A stretch of 54,693 nucleotides of DNA, taken from the NCBI GenBank assembly GCA_964590575.1, contig CAZPWM010000009.1, positions 1-54,693 of the forward strand, read 5' to 3'. The notes under the pieces were generated by a model. It was not told the DNA's origin. It did not search any database and saw nothing but the letters and a program-made list of their open reading frames with translations. The translations under genes and the position numbers were made by a program. This stretch comes from an uncultured archaeon (GTDB lineage Archaea > Asgardarchaeota > Thorarchaeia > Thorarchaeales > Thorarchaeaceae). Positions 19,531-30,700 of this stretch are shown piece by piece; within the stretch, counting starts at the first letter, position 1; each line of letters starts with the position of its first letter.

Positions 19531-20843
19531 AAAACATACTGTGCCTAGGTGCAGGATTAGTAGCTCGTCCATATATACAATATCTGTCCGACAATGGTTT
19601 CCACGTTATTGTTGCAAGTCGAACAAAGAATAAAGCTGATCGTTTAATTAAAGGTTGTAGTAATGCCGAAGCTGTTGCCTTCAATATAGCAAAAGATGAA
19701 AATCTTCTAGAAGAGCTTACTAGAAAGGCAGACTTGGTTTGCTCTTTACTACCTTACACCTTTCACGTGAAGGCCGCTAAAATTGCTGTAAAACACAAGA
19801 CACACTTCTGTACTACATCATACATCTCTGATGAAATGAAAGCCCTTGAAGACGATGCAAAGGAAGCTGGAATTCTACTCCTAAATGAATGTGGAGTTGA
19901 CCCAGGCATTGATCATATGAGCGCTATGAAAATAATCGATAAGGTTCACAACAATAATGGGCAGATTACAAGTTTCACCTCTTTTACAGGGGGACTCCCA
20001 GCTCCTGATTCAAATAATAATCCATTTGGTTACAAGTTATCCTGGAGCCCTCGAGGAGTACTCTTAGCTGGACGCAACGACGCACTATTCCTCCGCGATG
20101 GAAAAAAAGTCAAGATTCCTGGGTCCGAGCTCTTTGAAAGTTGTGAACCCATGGAAGTCCCCGGTGTCGGTACGTTTGAAGGATATCCAAACCGTGACAG
20201 TCTTTCTTACATTGACATTTACAACATATCAGAAACAAAGACAATGCTTCGTGGAACATTTAGGAATGAAGGTTGGTGCAGCACACTAGACAAAATAGCA
20301 GACTTAGGTCTTCTAGACATAACAGAACGGTCTCTTGAGGGAATGACATATGCAGATCTCATGAAAGAACTAACATCGTTAAATGAATCCGATTTGAAAC
20401 TCGCAGTGGCTAAAACCTGTAAGATTGCACCCAATGATCCAATCATTTCACGATTAGAATGGTTAGGCTTGTTCGAAGAAACACCAGTTCCATCTAATGT
20501 GAATACCTATCTTGATGCATTATGCTATCTCTTTGAAGAGAAGCTACAGTATGCTCCAGGTGAACGTGACATGATAATCATGTATCACGAGTTCATAGCA
20601 GAGTATCCAGATAAGAAACAGAAAATCACCTCGACCCTAATTGATTATGGTATCCCTAATGGTGATAGCTCAATGTCAAGAACTGTAGCTTTACCAGTTG
20701 CAATAGCTAGTAAGATGATTCTAGACGGGAAAATCAACCTGACAGGTGTCCATAGACCGATAATCCCGGAAATCTATGAACCAATCCTCCAAGAACTAGA
20801 AAGACTCGATATTAAGATGGACGAGAAAACATTTGATCTATAA
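19527..20843 (+). CDS. Saccharopine dehydrogenase (L-glutamate-forming, LYS9/SDH-like)
   Basis: LGAGLVA, SLLPY, NECGVDPGIDHM, GGLPAP, YKLSWSPRGVL, YPNRDS, SMSRTV. Confidence 0.92.
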   Translation: MKNILCLGAGLVARPYIQYLSDNGFHVIVASRTKNKADRLIKGCSNAEAVAFNIAKDENLLEELTRKADLVCSLLPYTFHVKAAKIAVKHKTHFCTTSYISDEMKALEDDAKEAGILLLNECGVDPGIDHMSAMKIIDKVHNNNGQITSFTSFTGGLPAPDSNNNPFGYKLSWSPRGVLLAGRNDALFLRDGKKVKIPGSELFESCEPMEVPGVGTFEGYPNRDSLSYIDIYNISETKTMLRGTFRNEGWCSTLDKIADLGLLDITERSLEGMTYADLMKELTSLNESDLKLAVAKTCKIAPNDPIISRLEWLGLFEETPVPSNVNTYLDALCYLFEEKLQYAPGERDMIIMYHEFIAEYPDKKQKITSTLIDYGIPNGDSSMSRTVALPVAIASKMILDGKINLTGVHRPIIPEIYEPILQELERLDIKMDEKTFDL

Positions 20844-20887
20844 TCAAAATAATAGGGTTTGAATATGGGTTGTATAATGACCTGAGT

Positions 20888-21517
20888 TCAATCTCTAACC
20901 CGCATCTGTATAGCGGCTAGAAGTTCTTCGGCTCTATCAATTTCTTTTTGAACCTCTACAATTTCAGTTCTGAGTCGATACGTGTAACCAGAACGATTTC
21001 CATACCGTTCTAGATGACCTTTACCATTGTTCCACATTCTTGCAAGGTAGGTAGATGCAGTACTCTTTGGAAGATCTTCACTGAAAGAATCCTGATAGAT
21101 CTCCGTGACATCGAGTGAGGAGAACTTTCCATGCTTAAAGGATGCATAGATTATCACTTGCATCTTGTCATAATTACTCATTGATTCAAATCGTGTATCT
21201 TCCATTCCGACCTCTGTGACTTCTTCGCTGACTGGTTCAAAGATGTATCCTGTACTTGTTTCCAAAAAGACCTTAAACTTGACAAACATCTCTTCTATAC
21301 TGCCACCCTTCACTTGAAAGCTTGATTCCTCTCCCATCGTTTCATCAGATACGATTATTTTGAAATCAAAAGGTGACTCAGTAAGTGCTAATATCTTTCT
21401 AAATCTGTTAAGTGCTTCATCCGGTTTGACGTATTTACATTGGAATATCTCACGAAGACCTGGCGCTGAACTATACGTAAACTCATAGACATAGTTAGTT
21501 CTGTCTTCTTTAGTCAA
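20888..21517 (-). CDS. Hypothetical protein with C-terminal winged helix
   Basis: FSSLDVTEIY...KSTASTYLARM...LERYG...YTYRL wHTH pattern. Confidence 0.65.
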   Translation of the reverse strand: MTKEDRTNYVYEFTYSSAPGLREIFQCKYVKPDEALNRFRKILALTESPFDFKIIVSDETMGEESSFQVKGGSIEEMFVKFKVFLETSTGYIFEPVSEEVTEVGMEDTRFESMSNYDKMQVIIYASFKHGKFSSLDVTEIYQDSFSEDLPKSTASTYLARMWNNGKGHLERYGNRSGYTYRLRTEIVEVQKEIDRAEELLAAIQMRVRD

Positions 21518-21543
21518 ACCGATTTTCTCCTATACATGTAACC

Positions 21544-21985
21544 ATTCACAATCTTTTAGACTAAAATCCCAAATAAGTGTGAGTATGTGAATTATCTATA
21601 TTGAGATAAGAGCTACATAATGTATCTGTACACATATAGACCTCGTCCGTTTCGCTTTTACTGTGCTGACGTCCTGCTAGGTCCTTTTGACCATAAAAAA
21701 GCAATATGAGCCTTTTTTTCGATGAAAAAAGGATATTTTCCAGTGGTTTTGTTATTCACTAATCTATGGTCCTTGTGAATGAATATGTAACCGTTTCATA
21801 TGTCTTCTTACCTGTTTCCACTGGAAACGAAGGGGTGTATCTATTCACAGGTATCATAGCATATATCATTCCTCTATTCAAGTATTAAGGCGATAAGAAG
21901 TCTGTTTCTCCCAGAGCATTCACAATAAAGGCGCCATTCACACATATTTCGTGTGAACTGATGTAAATATGAACAATCTGTGAAG
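21544..21985. repeat. ATTCACA/TGTGAA heptamer array
   Basis: Nine exact or 1-mismatch copies in both orientations within the intergenic region. Confidence 0.7.
21814..21837 (+). promoter_or_regulatory. ORB element (Orc1/Cdc6 binding site)
   Basis: GTTTCCACTGGAAACGAAGGGGTG: inverted repeat plus G-string; degenerate inverted partner TTTCCAGTGG at ~21737-21746. Confidence 0.8.
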
Positions 21986-22002
21986 GCAAACCCTTGACCA
22001 CT

Positions 22003-23013
22003 CTACTCCTTTTGAATCAAATAATCCATGGGCTGTTCACCTAGAACGAGCTGCATGTATTGATCATTTTTCTTATGATCATTGACCATTTCGAGTCTTC
22101 CCAATGCTTCAAATGATTTGATCTCTGAAATCTGTTCTGTAAACCGACCTCGATAGCTGACAAGTTTTCTAAGGTTTGGCAACTCATCACACTCAACCAG
22201 ATATTCACAGGGTGTGAATATTGAGTCACTATAATTCACTACCTTACCTGATACTAACTTTTGACCTTTCATTCGATATGAAATATCACCATAGACATAA
22301 TCAAAATCATTTGGAGTTTTAACCAGTCTCACAAAGAAGTGAAACCCTTCAAACAAACCCTGCAATATCTTTACTCGTTCAATCTCCCGAAGAATAGGTT
22401 TTAGATTCTCATGTGCGCCCCACCTGAAAGAAACATGCTTATCAAGTAGTGCACCTGCGTAACGTTCGATTCCCATAATTGATGTAATATTCCTAGATAA
22501 GCTGGAGTAGAACTTTCTACATGCATGCAAACCATAAACTACCAAGTCAATATCCGAATCCTTCCTAGCAACACCTACAAGTTGCGAACCAGTAAGACCA
22601 ATGTCCGCCCATTCAATACCAGTGACTTTCACCAACTTCTCAGATAAACTCACAGAAGCTTGCTCCAAGTCAGAAATTTGGCTAGTACAGTTTCGCAGAG
22701 TTGTCAGACAATCTACGGGATCAAGCATAAACTTGATTTTATCATTAGGAACAGATTGCACTATTCTCCCGTGGGACTCACTGAACCAGAGGTATGACGG
22801 ATAATTACTCTGAAGATACTTCTCTCTTTCATCAAGCGCATATACTTTCCTATACCCAGCATCTGAGTCATAAGTTTCACTCGTAGTTGGAACATATCGA
22901 AGGTACGCAATAACACGGTTTCTAGGATGAACTATGCCCTTGATTTCAAAGATGAGATTGTCTATGGTAATGACGAAATATCCTTCTATGAGATTCTCAG
23001 GCACCTTAATCAT
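22003..23013 (-). CDS. Archaeal predicted nucleotidyltransferase (COG1665-like)
   Basis: IGLTGSQL..SDIDLVVYG pol-beta motif; AYLRYVP; SYRGRF. Confidence 0.8.
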   Translation of the reverse strand: MIKVPENLIEGYFVITIDNLIFEIKGIVHPRNRVIAYLRYVPTTSETYDSDAGYRKVYALDEREKYLQSNYPSYLWFSESHGRIVQSVPNDKIKFMLDPVDCLTTLRNCTSQISDLEQASVSLSEKLVKVTGIEWADIGLTGSQLVGVARKDSDIDLVVYGLHACRKFYSSLSRNITSIMGIERYAGALLDKHVSFRWGAHENLKPILREIERVKILQGLFEGFHFFVRLVKTPNDFDYVYGDISYRMKGQKLVSGKVVNYSDSIFTPCEYLVECDELPNLRKLVSYRGRFTEQISEIKSFEALGRLEMVNDHKKNDQYMQLVLGEQPMDYLIQKE

Positions 23014-23066
23014 TGCGGTCTATGTATAGCATGGTATTAAAGTCGCTCATCCCATGAATAATAATC

Positions 23067-24281
23067 ATGACTGCTGAATTTGATATAAAGCACGATTTTG
23101 GTGTTTATGATCATACCCCTGATTTAGCATACTTTGATTCTGCAAGCACAACACTTGTACCGCGACAAGCTGTATCTGCAACGAACAATTTTCTTGATTC
23201 CGTGGTGGCCTCAGCACGTCGTGGAGCTTATCGGCTCGCCGTAAAAGGTGGTTCAATTGTTGAAGATACAAGAAAATCATTAGCCACATTTTTAGAAACC
23301 GACAAATCTCAGATATCATTTCAAAAATCAATTCCTACTACTGTCGCATCATTTGTGTATGGATTTGACTGGAAGACAACCAGAAAAAACAAGATTGTGA
23401 TTGCACAAAGCGAAGAGAACTCTATCATTGTTTCACTTCTTCGAGCAGCTGATATACTAGGATTAGATATAGAAATTATTTCAATTGATAAGAAAGGAAA
23501 TTTGCTCATTGATGAATTGGAAAAGAAGGTGGATCATAACACAGGCTTAGTAGCAGTCAGTCACGTATCACCAGGTCTAGGAATACGCAACCCACTACCT
23601 ACGATTGCTGAAATAACTCACCAGTCCAATGCACTTCTATTGACGGACGCCACACTTTCAGCTGGCCTCACTAATGAAAAACTAACAGCACTTGGTTCCG
23701 ATATACTAGTTTTTTCAGCTAACATAGGTCTAATGGGCCCACCGGGATTAGCTATCCAATGGATCAATAAATCAGTTGGAGAAACCCACAAACCAGGGAT
23801 TTTGGGTGGTTCTTCAGTGACCAACGTCAAAGACGGTTTGTTCGAGATTGCATTACAACCGGATAAGTTCGAATCAGGTTATCTGAATATACCAGCTATT
23901 GCTGGCTTGGAAGCGTCTCTCAAATATCTTACAAAGCTTCGATCACATGGACTTTCCAAGCACATCAACAAGCTTTCAAAATATCTGGTTCAAAGACTCA
24001 CGGAGATAGATAGTCTCATCATCTATGGTGAACCTGATGAGAATAACACCATATTCGGATTCAATCTCAATCCCAAAGATGGAATCAACTGTCATGACGT
24101 ATCATTATTTCTTGATGAATCAAACATAGCTGTTAGAAGCGGTGTTCTCTGCGCACACTCTCTTATTCAATCAATATCAGATGACGGGATAATCCAGGCA
24201 TCAATTCATGCCTATAATTCACTAGAAGACATTGATCGTCTTGTAGATACAATTACAGTTATTGCTAAAGAATTACTATAA
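23067..24281 (+). CDS. SufS/CsdA-like class V aminotransferase homologue lacking the PLP lysine
   Basis: YFDSAST, KFESG, AVRSG..CAH present; SxHK replaced by SANI. Confidence 0.8.
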   Translation: MTAEFDIKHDFGVYDHTPDLAYFDSASTTLVPRQAVSATNNFLDSVVASARRGAYRLAVKGGSIVEDTRKSLATFLETDKSQISFQKSIPTTVASFVYGFDWKTTRKNKIVIAQSEENSIIVSLLRAADILGLDIEIISIDKKGNLLIDELEKKVDHNTGLVAVSHVSPGLGIRNPLPTIAEITHQSNALLLTDATLSAGLTNEKLTALGSDILVFSANIGLMGPPGLAIQWINKSVGETHKPGILGGSSVTNVKDGLFEIALQPDKFESGYLNIPAIAGLEASLKYLTKLRSHGLSKHINKLSKYLVQRLTEIDSLIIYGEPDENNTIFGFNLNPKDGINCHDVSLFLDESNIAVRSGVLCAHSLIQSISDDGIIQASIHAYNSLEDIDRLVDTITVIAKELL

Positions 24282-24533
24282 CATAAACGAAGGTGGATAG
24301 AATACAAAATACTGAACTATAATTGCTAGAAGTATGCCGCTCAGAACCAATCCCTTCCCTCTCTTATCATTAACTCCCGTAAACCACAAAATTGCACCTA
24401 CCAAGACAACCACGAAAGCAGAGATATTCCCTATGAAAATTAAGAAATCCCAAATCTCCATGAAATAGCCCGCTATCAGGTACGCAAAATCTGTTAATGG
24501 ACTAAGAACTGAAAACAACCACATTGGTTTCAC
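24276..24533 (-). CDS. Small two-TM membrane protein, VirB2/CedA1-like pilin candidate
   Basis: TM - WFTGVNDKRGK - TM architecture. Confidence 0.5.
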   Translation of the reverse strand: MKPMWLFSVLSPLTDFAYLIAGYFMEIWDFLIFIGNISAFVVVLVGAILWFTGVNDKRGKGLVLSGILLAIIVQYFVFYPPSFML

Positions 24534-24566
24534 ACAATATTCTAATGTTTTGTATGATTTAAAGAC

Positions 24567-26390
24567 CTAAAGAACAGTAACAGACTTAGCTAGATTACGT
24601 GGCTTGTCAGGATCATAGTCTTTTCTCAAAGCCATATAATAGCTGAACAACTGCAATGGAACAACATACGGCATGATTGAAAATTCTGACTCTGTCGATT
24701 CCGGAATTGTAAAGACATAATCTGCTAATCCTGCTATCTCATCATCATCCTTTTGGATTACAGCAACTATAGTGGCTCCTCTTGCTTTCATTTCCATGAT
24801 ATTTCCGACAATCCGATTTCTTGTATCGTCAGAAGGAGCCACGAATATTACAGGATAGCCTTCTTGAACAAGTGCAATAGGTCCGTGTTTTGATTCACCT
24901 GCTGAATAGGCTTCCGCATGATTGTATGCAATTTCCTTTAGTTTGAGGGCGCCTTCTTCAGCAGTGGCCAGAGAAATACCTCTTCCTAAGAAAAGAAGAC
25001 TTGATTTCTCATAGAGGACTGAAGCAAGTCTTCGTGCTTTTTCTTCGTTTCTTGAGATAACCTCTGAAATGAGCTCAGGCAGTTTTTCTAAGGAAATTCG
25101 TTTTTGTTGAATTTCTATATGTTCTTTGAATCCTGTTATCTCCCCCAATGCTAAAGCAATCAATGCCAGAGTTGTGAGCTGAACCATGAAGGTTTTGGTC
25201 GCAGCGACACCTATCTCAGGTCCTGCCTGTGTTAATAACGTATAGTCTGCAAGTCTAGTGATTGAGCTTCCAATAACATTTGTAATTGCAATTATCTTTG
25301 TACCATATTGTTTTGCATATTTCACAGCAGTAATTGTATCCGTAGTTTCTCCTGATTGTGTAATAGCAATAATACAATCTCTATCAGATAACGCCCCATA
25401 GACTGTGTCTGGAAAATCACTTGCCAGTTCAAATGATGGAAGTATACCTGCAAGTGATGCAAACATATGACGACCTGCTTTTGCAGCATGTCCTGATGTT
25501 CCCATTGCTAACATGTATACATTCTCAGAATCTTTGATTATCTTAGCAGCTTCTTCAATACTTTCAGATTGTAGTCTAAGTGTATTCCTAATAGCATCAG
25601 GCTGTTCATGAATTTCTTTCAACATAAAATGAGGATATCCACTCTTCTGGGCTTGATCTGCAGTCCAACTAATCTTGATTGTATCTCGGTTAACTATCGA
25701 TCCATCTGACAATTTCTCAATATGAACACCTTCTGTTGTCAGACTTGCTATCTCTCCATCAAGTAACAGAATCATATCATTCGTCATCGGTAAGAATGCA
25801 GGAATATCTGAAGAAACGTAAGATGCTCCAGATTTTGTCCCAATAACTAATGGATTTCCATCCCTTGTGCATACTATCTTGTCACTTTCTTCAGTTGACA
25901 TGGCTACTATTGCGTAAGTCCCTTCAATTAGCTTAGTGACTTCCTTAACAGCTCCAATTAAATCGAACCCTTCTTTCATCAAATCCTCAATAAGATGAGG
26001 AATAACTTCTGTATCAGTTTCAGAATTGAATTTGTGCCCTTTCTCACCCAATTCTTTCCTGAGTTTCATGAAATTATCAATTACCCCATTGTGAACGACC
26101 GCGATTTTGTTTTCGCAATCAAAATGTGGATGTGCGTTTGGCATGGACGGTGCGCCATGAGTTGCCCAGCGAGTATGGCCAATCCCAATTGATCCTGGCA
26201 TCTCATCAAGATTAAGGCGTTTGTGAACTTCCTCAATCTTACCTTTGTCCTTTTTAGTATACAACATATTTTCAGCAATAGTAGTCACTCCTACTGAATC
26301 GTAACCCCGATATTCAAGACGTTTCAGTGCTTGATACAGGAATGGAGCAACAACACCACGCTTCTGAACTACAGCAATTATTCCACACAT
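24567..26390 (-). CDS. glmS: Glutamine--fructose-6-phosphate aminotransferase
   Basis: MCGI, LEYRGYDS, GHTRWATHG, PRNLAKSVTV. Confidence 0.98.
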   Translation of the reverse strand: MCGIIAVVQKRGVVAPFLYQALKRLEYRGYDSVGVTTIAENMLYTKKDKGKIEEVHKRLNLDEMPGSIGIGHTRWATHGAPSMPNAHPHFDCENKIAVVHNGVIDNFMKLRKELGEKGHKFNSETDTEVIPHLIEDLMKEGFDLIGAVKEVTKLIEGTYAIVAMSTEESDKIVCTRDGNPLVIGTKSGASYVSSDIPAFLPMTNDMILLLDGEIASLTTEGVHIEKLSDGSIVNRDTIKISWTADQAQKSGYPHFMLKEIHEQPDAIRNTLRLQSESIEEAAKIIKDSENVYMLAMGTSGHAAKAGRHMFASLAGILPSFELASDFPDTVYGALSDRDCIIAITQSGETTDTITAVKYAKQYGTKIIAITNVIGSSITRLADYTLLTQAGPEIGVAATKTFMVQLTTLALIALALGEITGFKEHIEIQQKRISLEKLPELISEVISRNEEKARRLASVLYEKSSLLFLGRGISLATAEEGALKLKEIAYNHAEAYSAGESKHGPIALVQEGYPVIFVAPSDDTRNRIVGNIMEMKARGATIVAVIQKDDDEIAGLADYVFTIPESTESEFSIMPYVVPLQLFSYYMALRKDYDPDKPRNLAKSVTVL

Positions 26391-26460
26391 CTCTGAGATA
26401 CCTCATGAGCTGTAAAAGTCCTGTGTATAATTGTGCAAAAAGGCTTTGTATCAGTGATAA

Positions 26461-26772
26461 TTAACCAGTCAATTCGATTTCAATATATACAGAATCAGGA
26501 ATTCGTACACGCATTATCTGACGAATAGCCCTTTCATCGGCATCAATATCAATCAATCGTTTGTGTACTCTCATCTCCCACTTATCCCAAGATTCAGACC
26601 CTTGACCACAAGGGGTTTTCCTTGTAGGTACAACCATCCTGCGGGTGGGCAAGGGGATAGGCCCAGCCATTCGGACACCTGTCTTGCGAGTAATCCTCTT
26701 AATTTGATTACACACACCATCTAAGTGTTCTGTGCTTGTGCTAGATAATCTGATTCTTGCTCTTTGAGTCAT
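26461..26772 (-). CDS. rps10: 30S ribosomal protein uS10
   Basis: [26 protein letters not shown]. Confidence 0.98.
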   Translation of the reverse strand: MTQRARIRLSSTSTEHLDGVCNQIKRITRKTGVRMAGPIPLPTRRMVVPTRKTPCGQGSESWDKWEMRVHKRLIDIDADERAIRQIMRVRIPDSVYIEIELTG

Positions 26773-26908
26773 TTAAGAATCCCTCAACGATACCGAGGTG
26801 TCCGAGGATTCCAAATCTGAACCGGATAAAAAGCTTGTCTTGTGTATGACATAGTTCCGTTCCAGAAAAAAGCAATGTCCATAAGCATGACCAACTATCT
26901 GGCTATAC

Positions 26909-27712
26909 GTGAAACAATTGAAACCACTCACAATTGTAAAATTAGGTGGATCTGTGATAACGTACAAAGACTCTGCTCCTCCAAAAATCAACGAAATTAA
27001 TTTGTCCCGAATTGCTAAAGAGCTGAAGGTGCATAGAGACCAACTAATCATAGTTCTTGGAGGTGGAGCTCATGGTCACCAAGCTGCTCATTCACATGGA
27101 TTTGCTGATTCTAATAGTCCCAAGGACCTTCTCTTGAAAGGTATTCCACCAATACGTCATAATATGTCAACATTAGCATCATCTGTAGAAACTAGTCTAA
27201 ACAAAGAAGGAATACCTGCAATCGTAATTCCTCCCTTTTCTTTTGTAACACTGAAAAATGGTTTGATACACGATTTCCCAACTAACATAATTAGAAAATC
27301 ACTAGACAACGGACTCGTTGTAATAAGCCACGGAGATATTTGTTTTGATGAAGAGCGTACTGCATCCATTCTTAGTGGCGATACAATTACAGTGTATCTT
27401 GCAAAAGAACTAAACGCTAGGACAGTACTCATCGGAACTGACGTTGATGGAGTATTAGATGATAATCCAAAATTCACCCCATCAGCAAAATACATACCCA
27501 TAATAAATCAAGATAACAAGGAAACCGTTCTGTCTAAGACAGGACCTTCAACTAGTACTGATGTCACTGGTGGTATGCTAAAAAAAGTAAGCGAACTTCT
27601 TGAAATTTCTAAACACAATAGAGAAATCATTATCTTTAATCTGACAGTCCCTGATCGTCTTAAGGTTCTATTACAAAACGAATCAACAATCTGCACAAGA
27701 ATACAACTATAG
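26909..27712 (+). CDS. ipk: Isopentenyl phosphate kinase
   Basis: KLGGSVIT, GGGAHGH, HGD, ILSGD, DVTGGM. Confidence 0.9.
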   Translation: MKQLKPLTIVKLGGSVITYKDSAPPKINEINLSRIAKELKVHRDQLIIVLGGGAHGHQAAHSHGFADSNSPKDLLLKGIPPIRHNMSTLASSVETSLNKEGIPAIVIPPFSFVTLKNGLIHDFPTNIIRKSLDNGLVVISHGDICFDEERTASILSGDTITVYLAKELNARTVLIGTDVDGVLDDNPKFTPSAKYIPIINQDNKETVLSKTGPSTSTDVTGGMLKKVSELLEISKHNREIIIFNLTVPDRLKVLLQNESTICTRIQL

Positions 27713-27713
27713 C

Positions 27714-30700
27714 TCACGTTACCAAAGTAGACACATTATCATCCATTGTCCTTACAATCAAGTTACTGGGTGTTGTTACACTTTCTTCAAGATACTCTGT
27801 TGCAGTTAAAACACAAACGACCTTTTTCGATTTACAGATTCTACAAGCCACATCACTATGAAGGTGGAGAAGAGTATTCAACTGTTGTTGATTTGGAAAT
27901 ATGACATAGGAAGTATTACCAACACAAAGATCGTAGTAACCATGATTCCTTGAAACATTAGAGTAGTGTTTTTTGAGCTCTTCTTCAATAGTTCCTATAG
28001 CCTTCTCTTTCAGATTCTTCAAAACTGATGAATTAACCAACCAGAGTCCTTCAGCAAGCTCTATGAATTGTGATTCTTCAGTGACACGTAAAGCAATTAG
28101 AACCTCATCTGCCAATAGCTCTGTCAAAGCCCTTTTTCCTTCCTCCATACTTAATGGAGCTGATCTTCCTTTCAATGACTGCAAAGATGTAGTTTCAATG
28201 AACTCTAACAAATCCTCCCATCTGACTTGGCCATTAGATATGTCTACTAAATCTTGAATCAAACCAAACCATAGCCGAATCTGAATTGCTCGATTTGTAG
28301 CAGATCCTACATCATGCATTGCTCCAATCAAATCAACCTGCTCATTGGAATTTGCATCTTCTTTCAACTCGCTTTGAACTGAGGATTCTTCGGACACATC
28401 AGTTTCGCTAACCAAACCTTCGATAATTGAATCTAGAGACCGCGGAAATGCCGAAATAACACTAACATCGTTAAACTCATCTGATAAATCCATCAATTCT
28501 CTTAATTTTGCAGCTGCAACACTACCTCTGACAACAACAAAGAGTTCGCTAACACCATTTTGGAGTTTGCTCATTTGCTTCCGAATTCTATCTAATGCCA
28601 GTCCCATTGATGATGCTCTCAGATGTTCAGGAATAACTACAACAGCTCTGTCTTCAAGTACAATATCTGGCCAATCAGAGTTCTCAGAAGTAATAGAAGG
28701 ATTATATTCAATTCCAAGTTTTCCGGATATATACTCAATAATTACTCGCCTGACAGCATCCAAAGATTTCCCTGGAAGAGTGAATAAAAATCCTCCATCA
28801 ACTAGTGCTAACGCTTCCCTTTCAATAGTACCTAAGGATACAAGATTACGAATAGCTTCTGAAATATCATCATCAACAACTTTTGAATCCAGAACAGCTA
28901 GAAGATTCCGAATTTCTCCTTCCGTTGCCCAACCTTCTGCTGCTAAAAATGCCACGACATGACTTCCAAGTCTATCTATTCTGTTGAAAACAAGCGTTTG
29001 AGCTTCAGTAGCTTTATCTGATACGTCTGGTTCTTGAACAAGTTCCTTCTTTGGTACAGTTTCTTCAATTATTGGACTAGCTTTACTTTCAGTAATAATT
29101 ATTGTTTCTTTCTTTACTAAAGACTCCAAAAACTTCTTTGTGACAATCTCGAAGGTTTCAGTATGGGGTATACTCATCAAGGCTCTGCCACGTTTCAATA
29201 TTCGAAGATATTGCTCTTGATCTTCACTCAATGAAAGGAATCTTCCACCAACCTGACTATCATATGGTAATCGAAATACAATCTTTGTTGAAGTGTTCGC
29301 TAGAATGTTCGAAGAAATGTTGGGTCTGGTTGATATCACAATAACACCTTGTCCAGTAGCCCGTTGTAACATCACCATGGATTCCCCGGTCGTAACATCC
29401 GCAGCAGAATGTCTTGTATAGCTCTCTGGTACGAGATTGCTTGCTTCTTCAAGTACCACGACATGATGCAACCCTTCGGTAATCCCTCGTTTCATTGCAC
29501 TATCAAAGATACGTTTGGCAACCAAATTGTAAAGGAGTCGAACTGAATCCATTCCTCCCACCCTTGCAACATATGAAAGGTCGAGAATAACACGTTTGTT
29601 TAGCAGGTCTGAAAATCGAACTGTTTCCGGACCACCCCCAAGGATTGATCCTAATGGTTCACGCGTTAATATTTCAAGACGATTAAGCAACGCATCTCTA
29701 GTCATATTTCCTATACGATCATTTCCTGCTAGTTCCGAAACTGCACTAACCAATGATTGAACTGAGTTACCTTGATCTAGTGAGTCTACTACCTTCATTA
29801 CAGAATCTCGAAGCAATTTTTCCATTGCTGGAGAAAGTTCAGAAGAATCTCCTCTTTCATTCAACAATTCTCTCAAAATTGCAAATGTAGAGTGTGCATA
29901 GTTCTTATCATTCGCCAGTTCTGAATCAATGAGACTAAACACAAATGTAGAGTCAAGACCTGGCTTAAGAACCTGAACTTCTGATTCACTATAGCCAATG
30001 AGACCAAGGAATTCAGAACCCTTAAGATCAAATATCCACCAAGGCACATCTGTTTTCGCACTCAGCTGCGACATGAGATGTTTTACAAGTGTTGTCTTTC
30101 CAGTCCCAGTTGCTCCCAATATAGCAACATGCTCTCTTAACCAATCAATCTCCAACCCAACGTTCGATAATCGACGACCTCCAAAAACTGTTTCTCCTAT
30201 AACAAGTTCATTGTCTACGATTTCCTTGGGAGGAACAGGAAAGATTGGAAACTGTCTTGGAGTGATAACAGGAAGCTGTTGAATTGGTGTGTTGATAAAG
30301 GACGATAATCGAATTATATGCATACGTTGATGCTTCAAGTGTCTACGAGTCAATATTCTAAATACAGTTCGTTTCGATGGCTTCAGAGAATTGAGCTTAA
30401 TCGAATCACTACCACCCCAAACTGAATGAACTAATCCACTAACACCATCTAAATCTGTTTCAATGTGTCTTTCAGTTGAAGATTTCACTTTGAAATACAC
30501 TGTAGCATCAAACCAACCTGTCCTGTCTTGAATCTCTTCATAACGAGTAATTAGCTTCTTCTTTACAGAATGGTCCTGCAACGACTCTTCCTTTCTTCTT
30601 TCCTTAACTTTAATGCTTTTCCACTGGTTCTCGAGTGTACGTTTCTCTTTTCCAGGTTTAGCTGCTGAAAACACACAAGTCATACTTGTCGTATATCCTT

